From NCBI GenBank assembly GCA_003971905.1, contig RSEE01000058.1, forward strand, positions 310,001 to 374,000: a stretch of DNA of 64,000 bases. Direction: 5' to 3'. The position numbers and the translations under genes were made by a program. Shown piece after piece: positions 23,813-35,748 of the stretch; positions within the stretch are counted from its first letter, which is position 1; each line of letters opens with the position of its first letter. Under the pieces are notes generated by a model, which saw only the letters and a list, made by a program, of their open reading frames with translations, searched no databases and was not told the origin of the DNA. This DNA comes from Moniliella sp. 'wahieum'. Its lineage: Eukaryota.

Positions 23813-23819
23813 TTATATA
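23813..23819 (-). promoter_or_regulatory. TATA box of the zinc-ribbon microprotein gene
   Basis: TATATAA on the minus strand, about 100 bp upstream of the first intron donor. Confidence 0.6.
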
Positions 23820-25877
23820 GGCAGGGGCGGGAGAGAGGGGCGGAGGCGTAGCAGGCAGCGCCATTCCGTGATCGTCCAAGTTGGCGCCACTTGTGGCAGA
23901 GTATGGATTTTCGGACAGGGCGGCTGTGGCGGACGATCGATGAGTGGATATTGGGTTGGGTTGGAGAGGGGATGCGATTGAGACGCGGCTTCGCGCTGCT
24001 GAGCCGCTGTCAGGGCCTGCTGGGCGCTGGGCGCTGGACGCTCCAAGCTCCGAGGCTCAGGCGCTCACGTTGAGGCGCTCAGGCCTCAGGCGACGCTCCA
24101 GGCAAGCACGCGGAGGGCTGTTTTGGTGCGGGTGCACCCTGGCCCAGGGGTGTTTCAGCCGTGTGGTTCCTGACCCAATCAGGGATCCTGGGCCGAATCA
24201 TCCATCCAGCTGTGACGGTGGTACCGGTGATCCCTCAAGCTTCAAGCTTCACGCTCCAGCTTCACGCTCCAGCTTCAAGCCAGACACTGATGTCGATGAC
24301 TCGTTGCTGCAGATTCTTCGTTCCGAGCCCGTCGGTATACCTCGTGCGCCGCTGCCCAGTCGGCTGACACGCCGATTTGACATGCATCTCTTGCGCCGCT
24401 GGCCGAGGTACGGAGAGTGAGAGTGTATAGCGCTTTGAATGTGGCCCGGCAAGCGCGGAGCCCCGAGAGTGGCGGGCGGGGTGGGCGTTGTTGGCGCTGG
24501 CGCAGTGCGTGGTGTGCACTGGCCGCCCCGTCGCCCGACACAGGCCAAGCAGCAGACAGACACAGACCCCCCCCCGCGCGCAGCACTGCTCTGCCCCTGC
24601 CACCCTGCCCCCTCCAGCCCCCGGCTGAGGCTCAGCTTCAGCCGCGCCGCCTCACACTGCCTCCGCGCCTCGAGGGCACTGGCTCGCATATACATCACTC
24701 CGGCGGCACAAGTAGTGCGCTGGTCAACCCTTCATCTTGGCAGCGCCGATTCAACTCAAGGGTTGTAGAGATGTCTTCTGTACTCACCCTATTCCTGCTC
24801 CCCCAGCCACCCTCCCCCCGCTCCCGGACCTCACATGTCACTGGCCTGACCGCCACCCCTATGATAGAAAGAAGTATAGCACACAGCTGCGCTATGCTTA
24901 CTACCCCGTCACTAATCATTTATCCCAATTCATTGAACGTGACCCTCGGCAAAACCAAGACGAAACCATACGTGAACACACAGACCTGGTCAGGCTATCC
25001 AGTGTCTGTCCTGGCAATCACATAGGTAGTCTCTCTCTCCTCACGCGTCACGCGTCACCCACGTTCGTGACGGTCGCCTAAGAGCGTGTGTGTTGTCCCC
25101 CTCGCCCAAAAACAGCTATTGCTCCGAGCAATCCAACAATACCGTCCCCTGTTGCTCGGCCTGAAAGCGAGCACACAATCGGACCCCAACGACCTCACCC
25201 GCCTATTGCACATGCACACATCGTGTGGACAGAAAAATCAGTGGCGATGTCCCCGGACCCTACACGTCATCCGCCATTCCCCACCGCACAAAACTTCTTC
25301 TCCACACTCTCCACACAGCAGCCAGACAACAACAGCATGATGGTGTGCCTTGGCATGTGGGACGGCATACAGTTCGAAGATTTGGACTGCAGTGGGGAAT
25401 AGGAAGAGGATCGATCGGATCACGCGTCATGAGCATTATACGCATAGCCTGAGTGCTCGTCTTCTACAGCCCAGCAGCAAAACTGATAGGATTCCACCAC
25501 GCTCACGACCTGCTTGTTACACGTGCACTTTATCGTCCTGTGTGTACAAACAGCGATACTTCGACGGCTTGGCTTGGACGAAACGCCGGAACGCTTAATG
25601 GACCCCACGGAACGCCGGACGTCGATGTATCGGTGATGCCAGATGATCGTGGCGATGATGATGTATGATGCAATGATGCACGCATGCATGAGTGATGCAT
25701 GACGTGTGATGCGCCTCCCGATTACGGCTTGCTCCTCCAGGGGCCTTGTGGTCGTACCCACTTGAGCGCCTGGTCCAGGGGTGGTGGTCCGAAGCGGCTC
25801 AGCCTACGGCCTCCTACGGCGTGAATGTCAGTGCTTCGGACTGGGAGTACGCAGCAGTGCTTGGTACTTAGCAGTTC

Positions 25878-25990
25878 CTCAGTACTGAGACTCAGTACAC
25901 TCAGTACTGAACGTACTCAGAATCAGTACCAGTATCAGTACTCAGTATGCTCGCATGTCACATGTCACGCATATATGTCAAAATGTCACG
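25878..25990. repeat. AGTACT- then ACATGT-core heptamer cluster
   Basis: tcagtactgagactcagtacactcagtactga ... tcagtactcagtatg ... catgtcacatgtcac. Confidence 0.75.
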
Positions 25991-27984
25991 CACGCCACAG
26001 GACTCAGTCGGAGGCGTTGGTCCGAGTGCGGCCGCGTGCCCGGCGCCACACCCTCCAGTCTCGGGTTCACGCGTTCACGATCAAAATGAACATATGCACG
26101 ACCCTGCCAGCCTTGTGGCTTTCTTCGTGAATCATTAATTCATTAATCATTGCACCATGGTAGTCAGTTGGAGCCCCGCCGAGCCCCGCCGAGCCCCGCC
26201 GAGCCCCTAGGAGCATCATGCATCCCACATCAGATCCATCAGACCTCGGGTTCAACAAGGCACCCGGTTCACGCGTCACATGCCACATGTCACATGTCAC
26301 ACTAGCTGCAAGTTCACGTCCTCCGCACTGGTCCGCTTGGCAGCCAGCAAGACAGGGGGCACATGGCCCTTTTCTTCGTTCCACCTGTTCCCGACACGCT
26401 CCAGCAGGCTCCAGCAGGCTCCAACAGACGCACGCCTTTGCGATCCGCCAGTGTGCCAGGGCCCCCCGTCTGTCCCCTGCGCGCCTGCCTCCACCAAGAC
26501 CCACAATACCCACACACGCATCTTCACTGCAGTGGGTCCTGCTAGTCTGCTAGAATAGGACCTGTCACATGTCATGCGTCTCATGTGTCATGCATGCCAC
26601 ACAGGTCACTCACCAGCGCATCAGCAACGCTGAAGCTGAAGCTGAAGCTTGACGAACAGAGGGAGGGGACTGCTGATGCCATGAGCGTGAGGCTCAGCGC
26701 AACCAGAAGGGTGGGCCTGACGCGTGACGACCTGCCGAATCTTGAGGCGCTGAACTCGAGATCTCTGGGTGTTCTGCTAAGGATCTCAAAGGGTGTGCAC
26801 AGGTGTCCCCTTGCGCGGGGCCGTGGTAGAGCTGCTGTATGATATTTGAGTTCTGAGAGACTATGTACCGGCCAGCTCATCAACCATTTAGATCTTCAGC
26901 TTCAGTCCTGTCCTGCACGGCTGGCTGGTCCTGCACCCGTCCCTGACCGGGCCAATGAAAATCGTCCGCGCCACACTGCGCGTCACGCGCGTCATGCATC
27001 AGGCCGCAGGCCTCAGGCGTCGCCGTCACGCGTCACGAGGGCACTAGTCACCGCCACCGGGTCACCACCGGCCTTTTCTACGATCTAAGATCTAAAGCTC
27101 CTTGGGGCTTGAGCAAAAACCCGGTGGCTACCAACATGTAGAGTAGCCCGTGTAGTAGCTGTACAAGCACTAAGTACATCTCCGTACTTGCATGCTTAGC
27201 GCTTACATGTCGATTCTGACCCTGACATACTAAGCCCTCGGTTTGACACGTGCTCTTATTTCGATCTTATATCAGCTTCAAGTTTTACCCTTCAGCTCCA
27301 CCTGAGACTGCGGCGGGGCAGGTTAAGTGGCTAAAGGAGGCTCAGAAGATTTCACAGATGTTTTCGCCAGGAGTACGGCATGTTGCAATGTGGCGCTCTG
27401 TGGGGCTGGGGTTGTCGAGTTATCGATTGTCCATCTATACAACACGTATCCCCACCCACCATGCTCCTTAGGCCTTTCCTGAGACCCTCAAACTCAGAAG
27501 GTTCAGGGTCAGGTTGAACAACCGCCTAACCCGATCTAGTATACCGATCCGACGTGCCATGCACATAGTATGTTCGGCTCGCGCCTGAGGATGATGTATG
27601 CAGTATGGTTCGACCGCAAGACACACATGTAGGCCGCCGGCGCACCACTGGCGCACCCCTTCCTTCGGATTGATTACTGAGATGACTGATTTTTGATTCT
27701 TCCGACGCCCCTTGTGCGCGCGTTTGCGTATCTAGATTCAATATTCACCACCCTACGTTCCGTAGGTCTCCCGCCTACTGTCTGAGTCTGACCGTGAGCG
27801 CCTAAGGCCTGACAGGCGAGGCTTGGGCCAGGGCAGGACAAACGGGAGGAGTAGACGTTCGGCCGAAGGGACAGGGGGCTGAATAATGAAAAGTGACTAG
27901 TGAATATGAATAGTGAATGCCATCGAGGGCTTGTCCCGCGCACGGGGCAACACAACCGGAAGATTGGGTGGTGCTAACGTTCTG

Positions 27985-28060
27985 TCAAGCTTCAAGCTCT
28001 TCAAGCCTTTTCAAGCTTTGGCAAAAAGCTTTTCAAGCTTCAAGCTTCAAGCTTATTCAA
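27985..28060. repeat. (TCAAGCT)n heptamer cluster
   Basis: tcaagcttcaagctcttcaagccttttcaagctt ... ttcaagcttcaagcttcaagctt. Confidence 0.85.
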
Positions 28061-29250
28061 AACGTTTTGAGTTTCTACGTCCAAGGTCCAAGGTACACTA
28101 CTTTAACTTCCAACAGATGGGTGTGGGCGCAATTAGTGAGTAAGGAAGGAAATGAAACAGGAAGCATGAAGCTTGAAGATAGGAACGGGGGCATGAGTTG
28201 ATGGTCTACCATTCGAACCCTTGCCCCCAGCCTTGTCCACCCTCCTGCCCAACCGCCCGCGCAAAAGCGAAGAGATGCGCCCAGGCGACGGGGTGCGCCA
28301 CTCTGTCCCAGGTACCGTTATGATGCAAACCATGTCACAGTACTATCATCTCCACCGTTTGCTCCCTCTCTGGTCTCTTGCCGCCAATCTCGCCAAGGGG
28401 ATTCTTCCTTTCGTTCTTGATTCTTTCGTTCTTTATGTCCTTCTGATACCCTCCAAAGCTCCTCCCGGCCTGGCGACTCCTGTCGGGATCAGACTCGTTT
28501 GATCACGTTTTGTCACCAAGTTGTCTGGCCCCCTTGATTTGTTCTAGACCCTGTTTTCCCCCTTTGGATTGTGCTCCCTCTTTCCCTCCATGTGATTTAG
28601 CTCGCATGTTCTCTTCTTCTCCGAGGCATATATACCTCGCTCTCTTTCACTAGATAAATATGATCCTCATCCTTCTCCCCATCTCCATCTCCTGTTACCT
28701 CTCCTCTTTTCCCCGCACTATAATATTGCCCCCTTTCCGTCGCCTCGATCCGATTGGACGGACGTGGGGGCAGAGCGGGATGGATGAGATCTGCCGCTAC
28801 CGCTACCGCTACCGTCTGGGCCGTGCACTACGCTTCCACCTTCTACCTTCCACCTTCTACCTTCCACCTTGCTACTTCCATACAACATCCACCGTCCAAC
28901 TTGGCGCATGCAACGTTTCACGTGAGAGTAGTAACATTTCCCCGCCAAAAACGAGCGGGCAGGAGGAAGAACGCTACTGGGGGGCGTGCTCGTTCCCCTG
29001 GCCAAGGTCACGGCCATACGGGGCACATGGGAGAACCAGCAGGTGGGTCGCTAGGCCAGGGGAAGAGAAGAGGTCGTGGCGTAAATCACTAGAGGGCAAA
29101 AAAAAACAAATGCAGCAGCGGAGCAAGACGAGAAGAAGAAGAAATCAGAGTCGTCCACAGTCCCCGGGTAAACGGGAGGCAGGATCGGAAGAAGAAAAGA
29201 AAAGAAAAGAAAAGAGAAAAAAAAGGGTGAAAAGACGAGGAGACGATGAT

Positions 29251-30910
29251 CTATCGGGCGGTTGGCGCGAGAGGGCCATGAGCCAACTGAGCCAACGCGG
29301 CCAAGCTCCGACTGCAGGCGGCCGAGAGAGAGAGAGGGGGGGGGGGGGAAGCAGAGTCCTTTTGTTTGGTAAGGAAACGAGCGGGACACGTTTACTTGCT
29401 TAAAAGTGTATGAATCTCCGAGAGGATCCCGAGGCCTTGGCGGGCAGGAGCGCGGGCTGGGTCTTCGCCCACCCGGAGCGTATCAGGCAAAGCGGGTTGG
29501 CTTGGTTTGGGTCCGGCCCAGGGGAAAGGGAGGTACTCTTGTAAGTATTCAAACGACACGAGGGTTGCGCCGAATTGGGGTGAGGAGCGTAGGACACGAG
29601 CGAGGGAGCCCTTGAAGAACGCTTTGGGACCTTCTTGGACCAAAATTTTGCCAAAGCAGTCGGTGATGCCCTTGTACGTAGCTTGGCCCTTACGGGCTTC
29701 GACTTGCAACCGCGTTTTGATCACGTCGGCTGGCGTGGTGAAAAAGGCGGCGGGCATACCACTGATCGATGCGGCCGCCAACATTTCCCCAAACGATAGT
29801 TTCTTGCCATTCTTTCCCTCGTGAAACGTATCCTTTTTCAGATGCGCATAGGCAGGGAAGTAGATCGCACTAAATGGAATGTCCCGCAGCAGACACGCTC
29901 CAGCACCTTTGTACAGCCCACGAAGACCCAAGTCTTTCACAATCTGCCCGGCACCCAGCTTCTTGACCCCTTCCACCTTGGCCAGCTCTCCCTGAACTTG
30001 AAGACGGATCTTGACAATCTCTGAAGGTCATACAGGTTAGCTGACTTCCTGTTTCTCAAAGGGGGATGACACGGATGATACAGAGGAGAAAGCTGGCGCG
30101 TGGAATAGGAGAGAAATCAAATCAAAATCGGAATCGGAATGGGGATGTGTACAAAACAAAGAAGAAAAAATGTATAGAAGACGTACCTAACGGATTGGTA
30201 AAGATGACTTGGCACCCTCCCGCCGAACCACCAGCGACCAACTCCCACTTGAGCGCAATCTCTCCGGTGTGAGGGTCCGTGGTCTTGGACCGAATCAGAT
30301 CGTTGACCGTCAACTTGATAGCCTTTTCCGGTGCGACACCAATGAGTTGTGGGCCCAGTCCCGAGTAAAACCCGAGAAAGCCCTCGTTACGAAACACTTT
30401 ACCAACACAGTCCAACGAGTTTTTGTACATTGCCGCCTCGCCCACGGGAGCACGCTGGTTTTGCATCCGCGTCTTGACCAGGTCAATGGGATAGACCAGC
30501 GTCGCACCGACCGATCCTGCCACGCCACCAAGAGCAAAGTGATACACGGCATGGGCTAGGTCGTACAGCAGACCATGCCGTGTTGGTGGGGCGTCACCAG
30601 GGGTAGATGTAGAGGCAGCAGTAGACGCAGTGGGGTCCTGCTCTTGGTTTTGGTTTGGTCGGGCCCCGCCGCGGGAGGTGAAGGATGCGAGGGGGCAAAG
30701 TCATCTTGGATGGCGAGCTGGTGATGGAGGCGTGTCGGGTGAGAGGGGTCCTTGTTCACCGCATAGCTCACTCCGCCTCCGAGCTGCTGGAAGCGGTGCA
30801 GACGCTCCGTAAGTGGCGTGATTGTCCCCCTCGGTGCGGAAGGTGGCAGTGAGGAGGAACGGGGGCTGCTCCTCACACAGCAGCGGCTTGGTCTGGGGGA
30901 AAAAGATCAT
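29251..30910 (-). CDS. AGC1: Mitochondrial aspartate/glutamate carrier (SLC25A12/13, Agc1 family)
   Basis: Three carrier repeats: [27 protein letters not shown] and [12 protein letters not shown]. Agc1-diagnostic [25 protein letters not shown] and RSSPQFG are present. Intron 30021-30186 (GTACGT..GCTAAC..CAG). A last intron at 29312-29395 is possible; otherwise the stop is at 29392. Likely ATG 30910. Confidence 0.92.
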
Positions 30911-32847
30911 TGAGCGTGGTGGAAAGCCAAGACAGAACGGGGTGCTGCGTCTCCAAGAAAGGGGGCAACACAAGGTCAATGTGAGCAACGGTGGGAGGGG
31001 AGAGGGGTAATCGCTAGCCGTCGGTACTGTGCCGCTTTTCCTTCCCCTCGGCTTGGGGCCAGCGCCTGGATGGGCCCTTGTTTGCGCTGCTGAGCCTCAA
31101 CGCTCAGCCTGAGCGGCTCAGTACCCCCACCAGCGACACCGCCACCGCCTATAGATAGACAGGACACGACCCCCGCGCCCACTCCCCCTCCTGGCCTTAC
31201 CGCACGTTACGCGTCACGGCAGTACTAGTTACTATAGTTATTAGTTACTGGCCCCTCGGCCCCCACACAGCGCCAGGCCGAGGGCGGAGGGCTGCTGCGC
31301 CCACGGCGGCTGCGGCGACAAGGTACTAGGGACTATTAGTGACAAGTACCACGCTCAGCCGGAGCGGCCCCTGTGCGCCTTTAATTGTTGCGGATGGCTG
31401 TGATGTCCCCTGGCGCTGCGAATGTTCTGGTAGCTCTGGGCTCGAGGGGAGCGCCCATTCTATTCAACTGATCGTCAGCGCGTCAGCTTCCCCGTTTGTT
31501 ACGTGCAACGTGGCCAACCCAACCACATCACCACGGGCAGCCCTGGTTCAAGTCGGGCATCAACTTTCAAATGCACCCAATCGAGGTAGGAACAGTACCT
31601 ACGCGTGTTAGTTATCAGGTAACGTTTAACCCCGCTTCTGTTCCGCCAGCGCCCCCAGGGGGAAAAGCGGGGCAGACGCACACCCACACAGGCAGTGGCG
31701 CAGCAGGGCGCAGCAGGGGTAAGGCGCCCACCCATAAAACCTAAGGTTAGGCCTACGGGGGGTACTAGCTCCTAGCGCCTAGCGCAGCGTCTCGCATCCA
31801 CCTACTAGTAGCTCGGCCCAGTACTAGTCCAGCACCATCAGTTCCGTCATTCTCGAGTATATATATCCTCTCGAGAGCATGGTTGTGCCAATCAATAGAA
31901 TACGTACGAACATTGACTAGTTTGAAGCTAGCCCCGGCGCCTCTCTCTAGCATTTCACTTACAGTACCATCTGCTTCGACCATCGCGACCGCCATCGGTC
32001 GCGCGAGCCTCTCTTTGATCAATGGGTTAATGTTTTGGCACAGAGGTGAGGATCACGCATGATGATCGCAGTGAGGCCTGAGGCCTGAGGTGATCATCTC
32101 GATGATGCATCTGCCTCGCATGTTCCCACCACACCGTGGTCAATCTGACAGTGGGGACTGCCAGTGTATTAACGGTAAAATGGTAGTGGTAAGGGTGATG
32201 GTACTGAGGTACTGGGGGGCCGTTGGGGGGCTGCCGAGGATTAAAAGTAGTGTATACGCCCGGCAACAGGGAGGAGCGGGGACAGGAAGGTGAATGACAG
32301 GGACAGGGACAGAGACAGGGACAGGGACAGGGGCAGGTATGTGTGGGGTTAGGGGTTTAGAGGGGGGGAGGGGACAGACTGCACGTCTTGGCCGGCAAGA
32401 CGGTGCGTGTGTTCTATTTTGTGGATGTAGGAAGGGGAGAGAGAGAGAAGAACGGAGACTGAGCGACGAGGTCGAGAAATGGGCAAAGACAACAGCAAAA
32501 GCAAAAGCAAATAGCAAATGGCAAAAAAGCAAAAAGCAAAAAGCAAATAGCATCCAGGCAAGAAGAGGATGATACAGTGTTACCCGGCGTTTGCCATGCA
32601 AAAATCAGTACCCAAGTGCCCAGTGAGGATGGGCTGGAGAGAGAGAGAGAAAATCGAGGAGGCACTCTCTCTCTTCGCATCGCAGTCTCCCTGGAAAAGG
32701 CAGAGTGCAGAGTGCAGACCTCACCCCGCTGCCACGCGCTCATAAGGGCATGGACTGGGGACGGTCATGAAGGGAGATGGGAAACGGGAAAAGAAGGAGA
32801 AAGAGAAGAAAGAAGACGGAGCAGTGTGGTGCCAATTCTTGAGAGGC

Positions 32848-33155
32848 TCATCGGCCACTGGACCGTTCGGTCCGTACGGCCGCCGAGGAAGAATGCACGC
32901 AGAACTTGCATTCGGACCAGAGGGCGAAACGCGCAGCCGGCAGTGCGGGCAGATCTTCATTGGTGGTTGCGACCTGGGCAAGAAAACCAACAGGAGCCGG
33001 AAACGCGTCCGGGAACGGAAACAGGAACGGAACGGAAGCAAAAAAAAACAGTGCGTCGGTGCCCATGGGGATAATAGGCCGGGAGAATCGAGAGAGAGAG
33101 TCAGTGCATGCCTATGATAGGCAGATAGACAAGAAGGGCACAAGACGTACGACAT
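32848..33155 (-). CDS. Candidate 43-aa zinc-ribbon microprotein MSSQPPMKICPHCRLRVSPSGPECKFCVHSSSAAVRTERSSGR (requires one inserted base)
   Basis: ccatcATG at 33155 and intron 32974-33150 (GTACGT..pyrimidine tract..CCCAG). KICPHC is in one frame and ECKFC in the adjacent frame; they join if a C is missing at GGTCC^GAA (about 32914). Confidence 0.45.
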
Positions 33156-33472
33156 GATGGGTCTGCTTGCGGGGGGGGGGGCGAGAAGAGGTGAGGGGTG
33201 CGGCGGGGTGTGCGGGGGACTAAACGTTAACCAGTAAGCGTTAAGCGGTACCCGTTCCAGTACCGCTCCAAACCAGGGAGACAAAAACAGATGGGCCGCA
33301 AGGGAAGAGAAAAGGCTCTCGGATGAGAGACAAGGCTGGACAGAAAAAGGTGGTGGTACAGCAAAGGGGAGCGCCAATGGAGGGGGACAGAAGCGCTGAG
33401 CGAGCCTGCTGCACTCCCCACACTGGCCAAAGATATATGGCCGAGGGAGGGTGGAGTTAGTGCTGAGGGAGC

Positions 33473-33492
33473 CACTAGTCACTAGTGACTAG
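33473..33492. repeat. ACTAGT heptamer repeat containing the 18-bp perfect palindrome CTAGTCACTAGTGACTAG
   Basis: Read directly at 33475-33492. Confidence 0.9.
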
Positions 33493-34280
33493 GCACTTGC
33501 GTAGTGGGTATCATAGGGCCAGGGTGCGAGAGTCGTGGCGGTGTGATAGGTGATGGGAAGGATGACGGGGTGCGGTGTGGCGCCGGCTGGAGGCGAGCGG
33601 CAGCGCATGCTGCATGCGCTCAGCAGCTCGGTAGCATGCAGCATGCCGGCATGCCAGAGGTGTGTGAGCGCTGCGGAGCCCAGGTGGGGCGACGCATCGG
33701 CGTAGTCTACGCCCTAGAGCAGACACAGCGCCAAGGCACAGCGCAACGCACTGGTAACGCACTAGTCCTGCCGGGCTAAGACGGAGGGATGGATATGCAT
33801 TCGATGGATGATGGAGGTTTCTCCCTGTCGATATAATGATGCCAGGCGCCGCCGTCGCCTGTGTGAGCCTGTGGTTGAACCTTAGGCTCTAAGCCAGTGC
33901 GCCCCACACTGGGACCAACGCTAGAGCCACACTGAGTACGAGTTGAGGACTCATCACAGCCAGCATGCTCTGCAGCCCGACGGTCACATGTTGCACCGTC
34001 GTGGGCGTTGAGGTTTTGGAGGGGAGATGCGGCAAGAGCAAGGCCTATAAGGGGGGCGCAATGCACCATCCCAGGGGGGGTAGTCAACGTGCCATCCGAG
34101 GCGAAGGGACGGGAATCGCAGAGGGACGAAGCTGGAAGCTCGAAACTCGAGGCTGGATGGGCGATGTACAAAAGGGCGCGTTAGTGAGTACTGTGTGCGT
34201 TGGAACGTTGGTCAGCTCGGATCTCAGAATGGGTGGCTGCGCAGCATCACACATCACGTGTCGATCAACGCAGTTCGTGC

Positions 34281-34340
34281 CACGTGACATGCGTGACATG
34301 CGACATGCGACATGTGATGCCTGTGACATGCATGTGACCT
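34281..34340. repeat. ACATG(T/C)G heptamer cluster
   Basis: cacgtgacatgcgtgacatgcgacatgcgacatgtgatgcctgtgacatgcatgtgac. Confidence 0.8.
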
Positions 34341-35748
34341 ACTCGGTTCTCGAGCGTCGCACTTCGCCAGGCGCCACACCAGTGCCACAACTCTCTCGTG
34401 TCACATGTCACACGCGTCACACGGCTCTTCACCTGCCCTGCTACACAATAAGAGGGGCATGGTCTCCCTCGTCGTTCCACGGCCCAGGTCCAACGCCCAC
34501 CGGCTACCTTTCTTCTTCTCTGGCTGGATGCCCTTTCCTACTGCCCATCCTCTCTTCCGCTCCGTTCCGCCTTGCCCGGTGCCCCGCCCAACCGCGCCGG
34601 AACCTGGTTCCTATAAGTATACTGGGTAGGTTTGGCGGCGGGGCGGACGCTGTTTTGTTATGTGTGGGGTTGTGAGATGGTAGATAACTTTGCTGACCAG
34701 CCGTTTGATCCCAGGACGCGGGGAAGCGCTTGTACAGCAGATGACTGGTGAGGATGGACGATGAGAGAGAACATGGCCAGGGAGAGATGGGAGCCCGAGA
34801 GATGCTGACCGACTGAAGGAGCTGATGGTGGAGCCCAGCTGGGGAAGGAGTCGCGGGGCGTACTTCGCAACTGACTTCCGCCCGCGCGGAGGGCTGGTGA
34901 GCGCATGAGCCTGCTGAGGCTCAGCGGCAGTTCTGGGGCCGCACAGCCCCCGGCAAGGCAGAAGCCGACGCGAGGCAGGGGCGGCTGCCCTGCACAAGCA
35001 CATGGGTGCATTACATGCTCACAGGCCGCATGCCCCGTCGCACGAGCACTGACGTCAGCGTCACTAGCACTAAGCCTTCCGGCCGACATGCCGGTGAGGC
35101 ATGCAGCCATCGCACGCCGACTGGCTGGCTGTTCGGCGGTCGAAAACTTTCTCACCCCAGTGTTCGGTGTACCCTACGCACTCAGCCTGAGTACTCAACT
35201 GAGTGCGCAGCAGCTCGCACCCAGCCCATGCACCCATGGCGCCAAGCCGGTCCGACTGCGCGCTGCCATGGCCCCCGCTGAGTCGCCTGCGGCCCGGAAC
35301 CTGGCTGCCCCCCGCCGCAGTAGCCGCAGCATGCGCGGTGCGCGCCTGCGCTCCCGCGGAGGCGGCTGGTCGGTGGTTGGCGTTTTGCCCTAACCCTCCC
35401 TCCCCCTCACTGCTCGCATGCATCATGCATCACATGCATCATGCACATCGGCGATCCTGCCTCCGTGCATCAGCATCCGCAGTCACCGGCATCACCCCAC
35501 TGTCCTCCGTGCCGCAGCACGCAGCAGGCCCGTGTGCTAGTCACCAGTCACTAGTCTAGTCACCAGTCACTCGTCGCAGCCACCGCCCCCGCCAATCTCC
35601 AATGTTTAGTTCAGCATCCAGGCGCTGCGCCCCACTGCCTGCGCCCCGCCCGCTGCCAGCCGCTTCTGTGCGTTTTTGGAGCATTCGCACGTTGCTGCGT
35701 CGCACGCTTCCTGCGTCCCCCCCACCACCTCCCGCCTCCTGTGCCGCC

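Noticed and set aside
25238..25445. Third Cys-rich microprotein (LLCGECGEEV / CCCC on the minus strand)
   Set aside because: There is no second CxxC, no good in-frame ATG and no convincing promoter or donor site.
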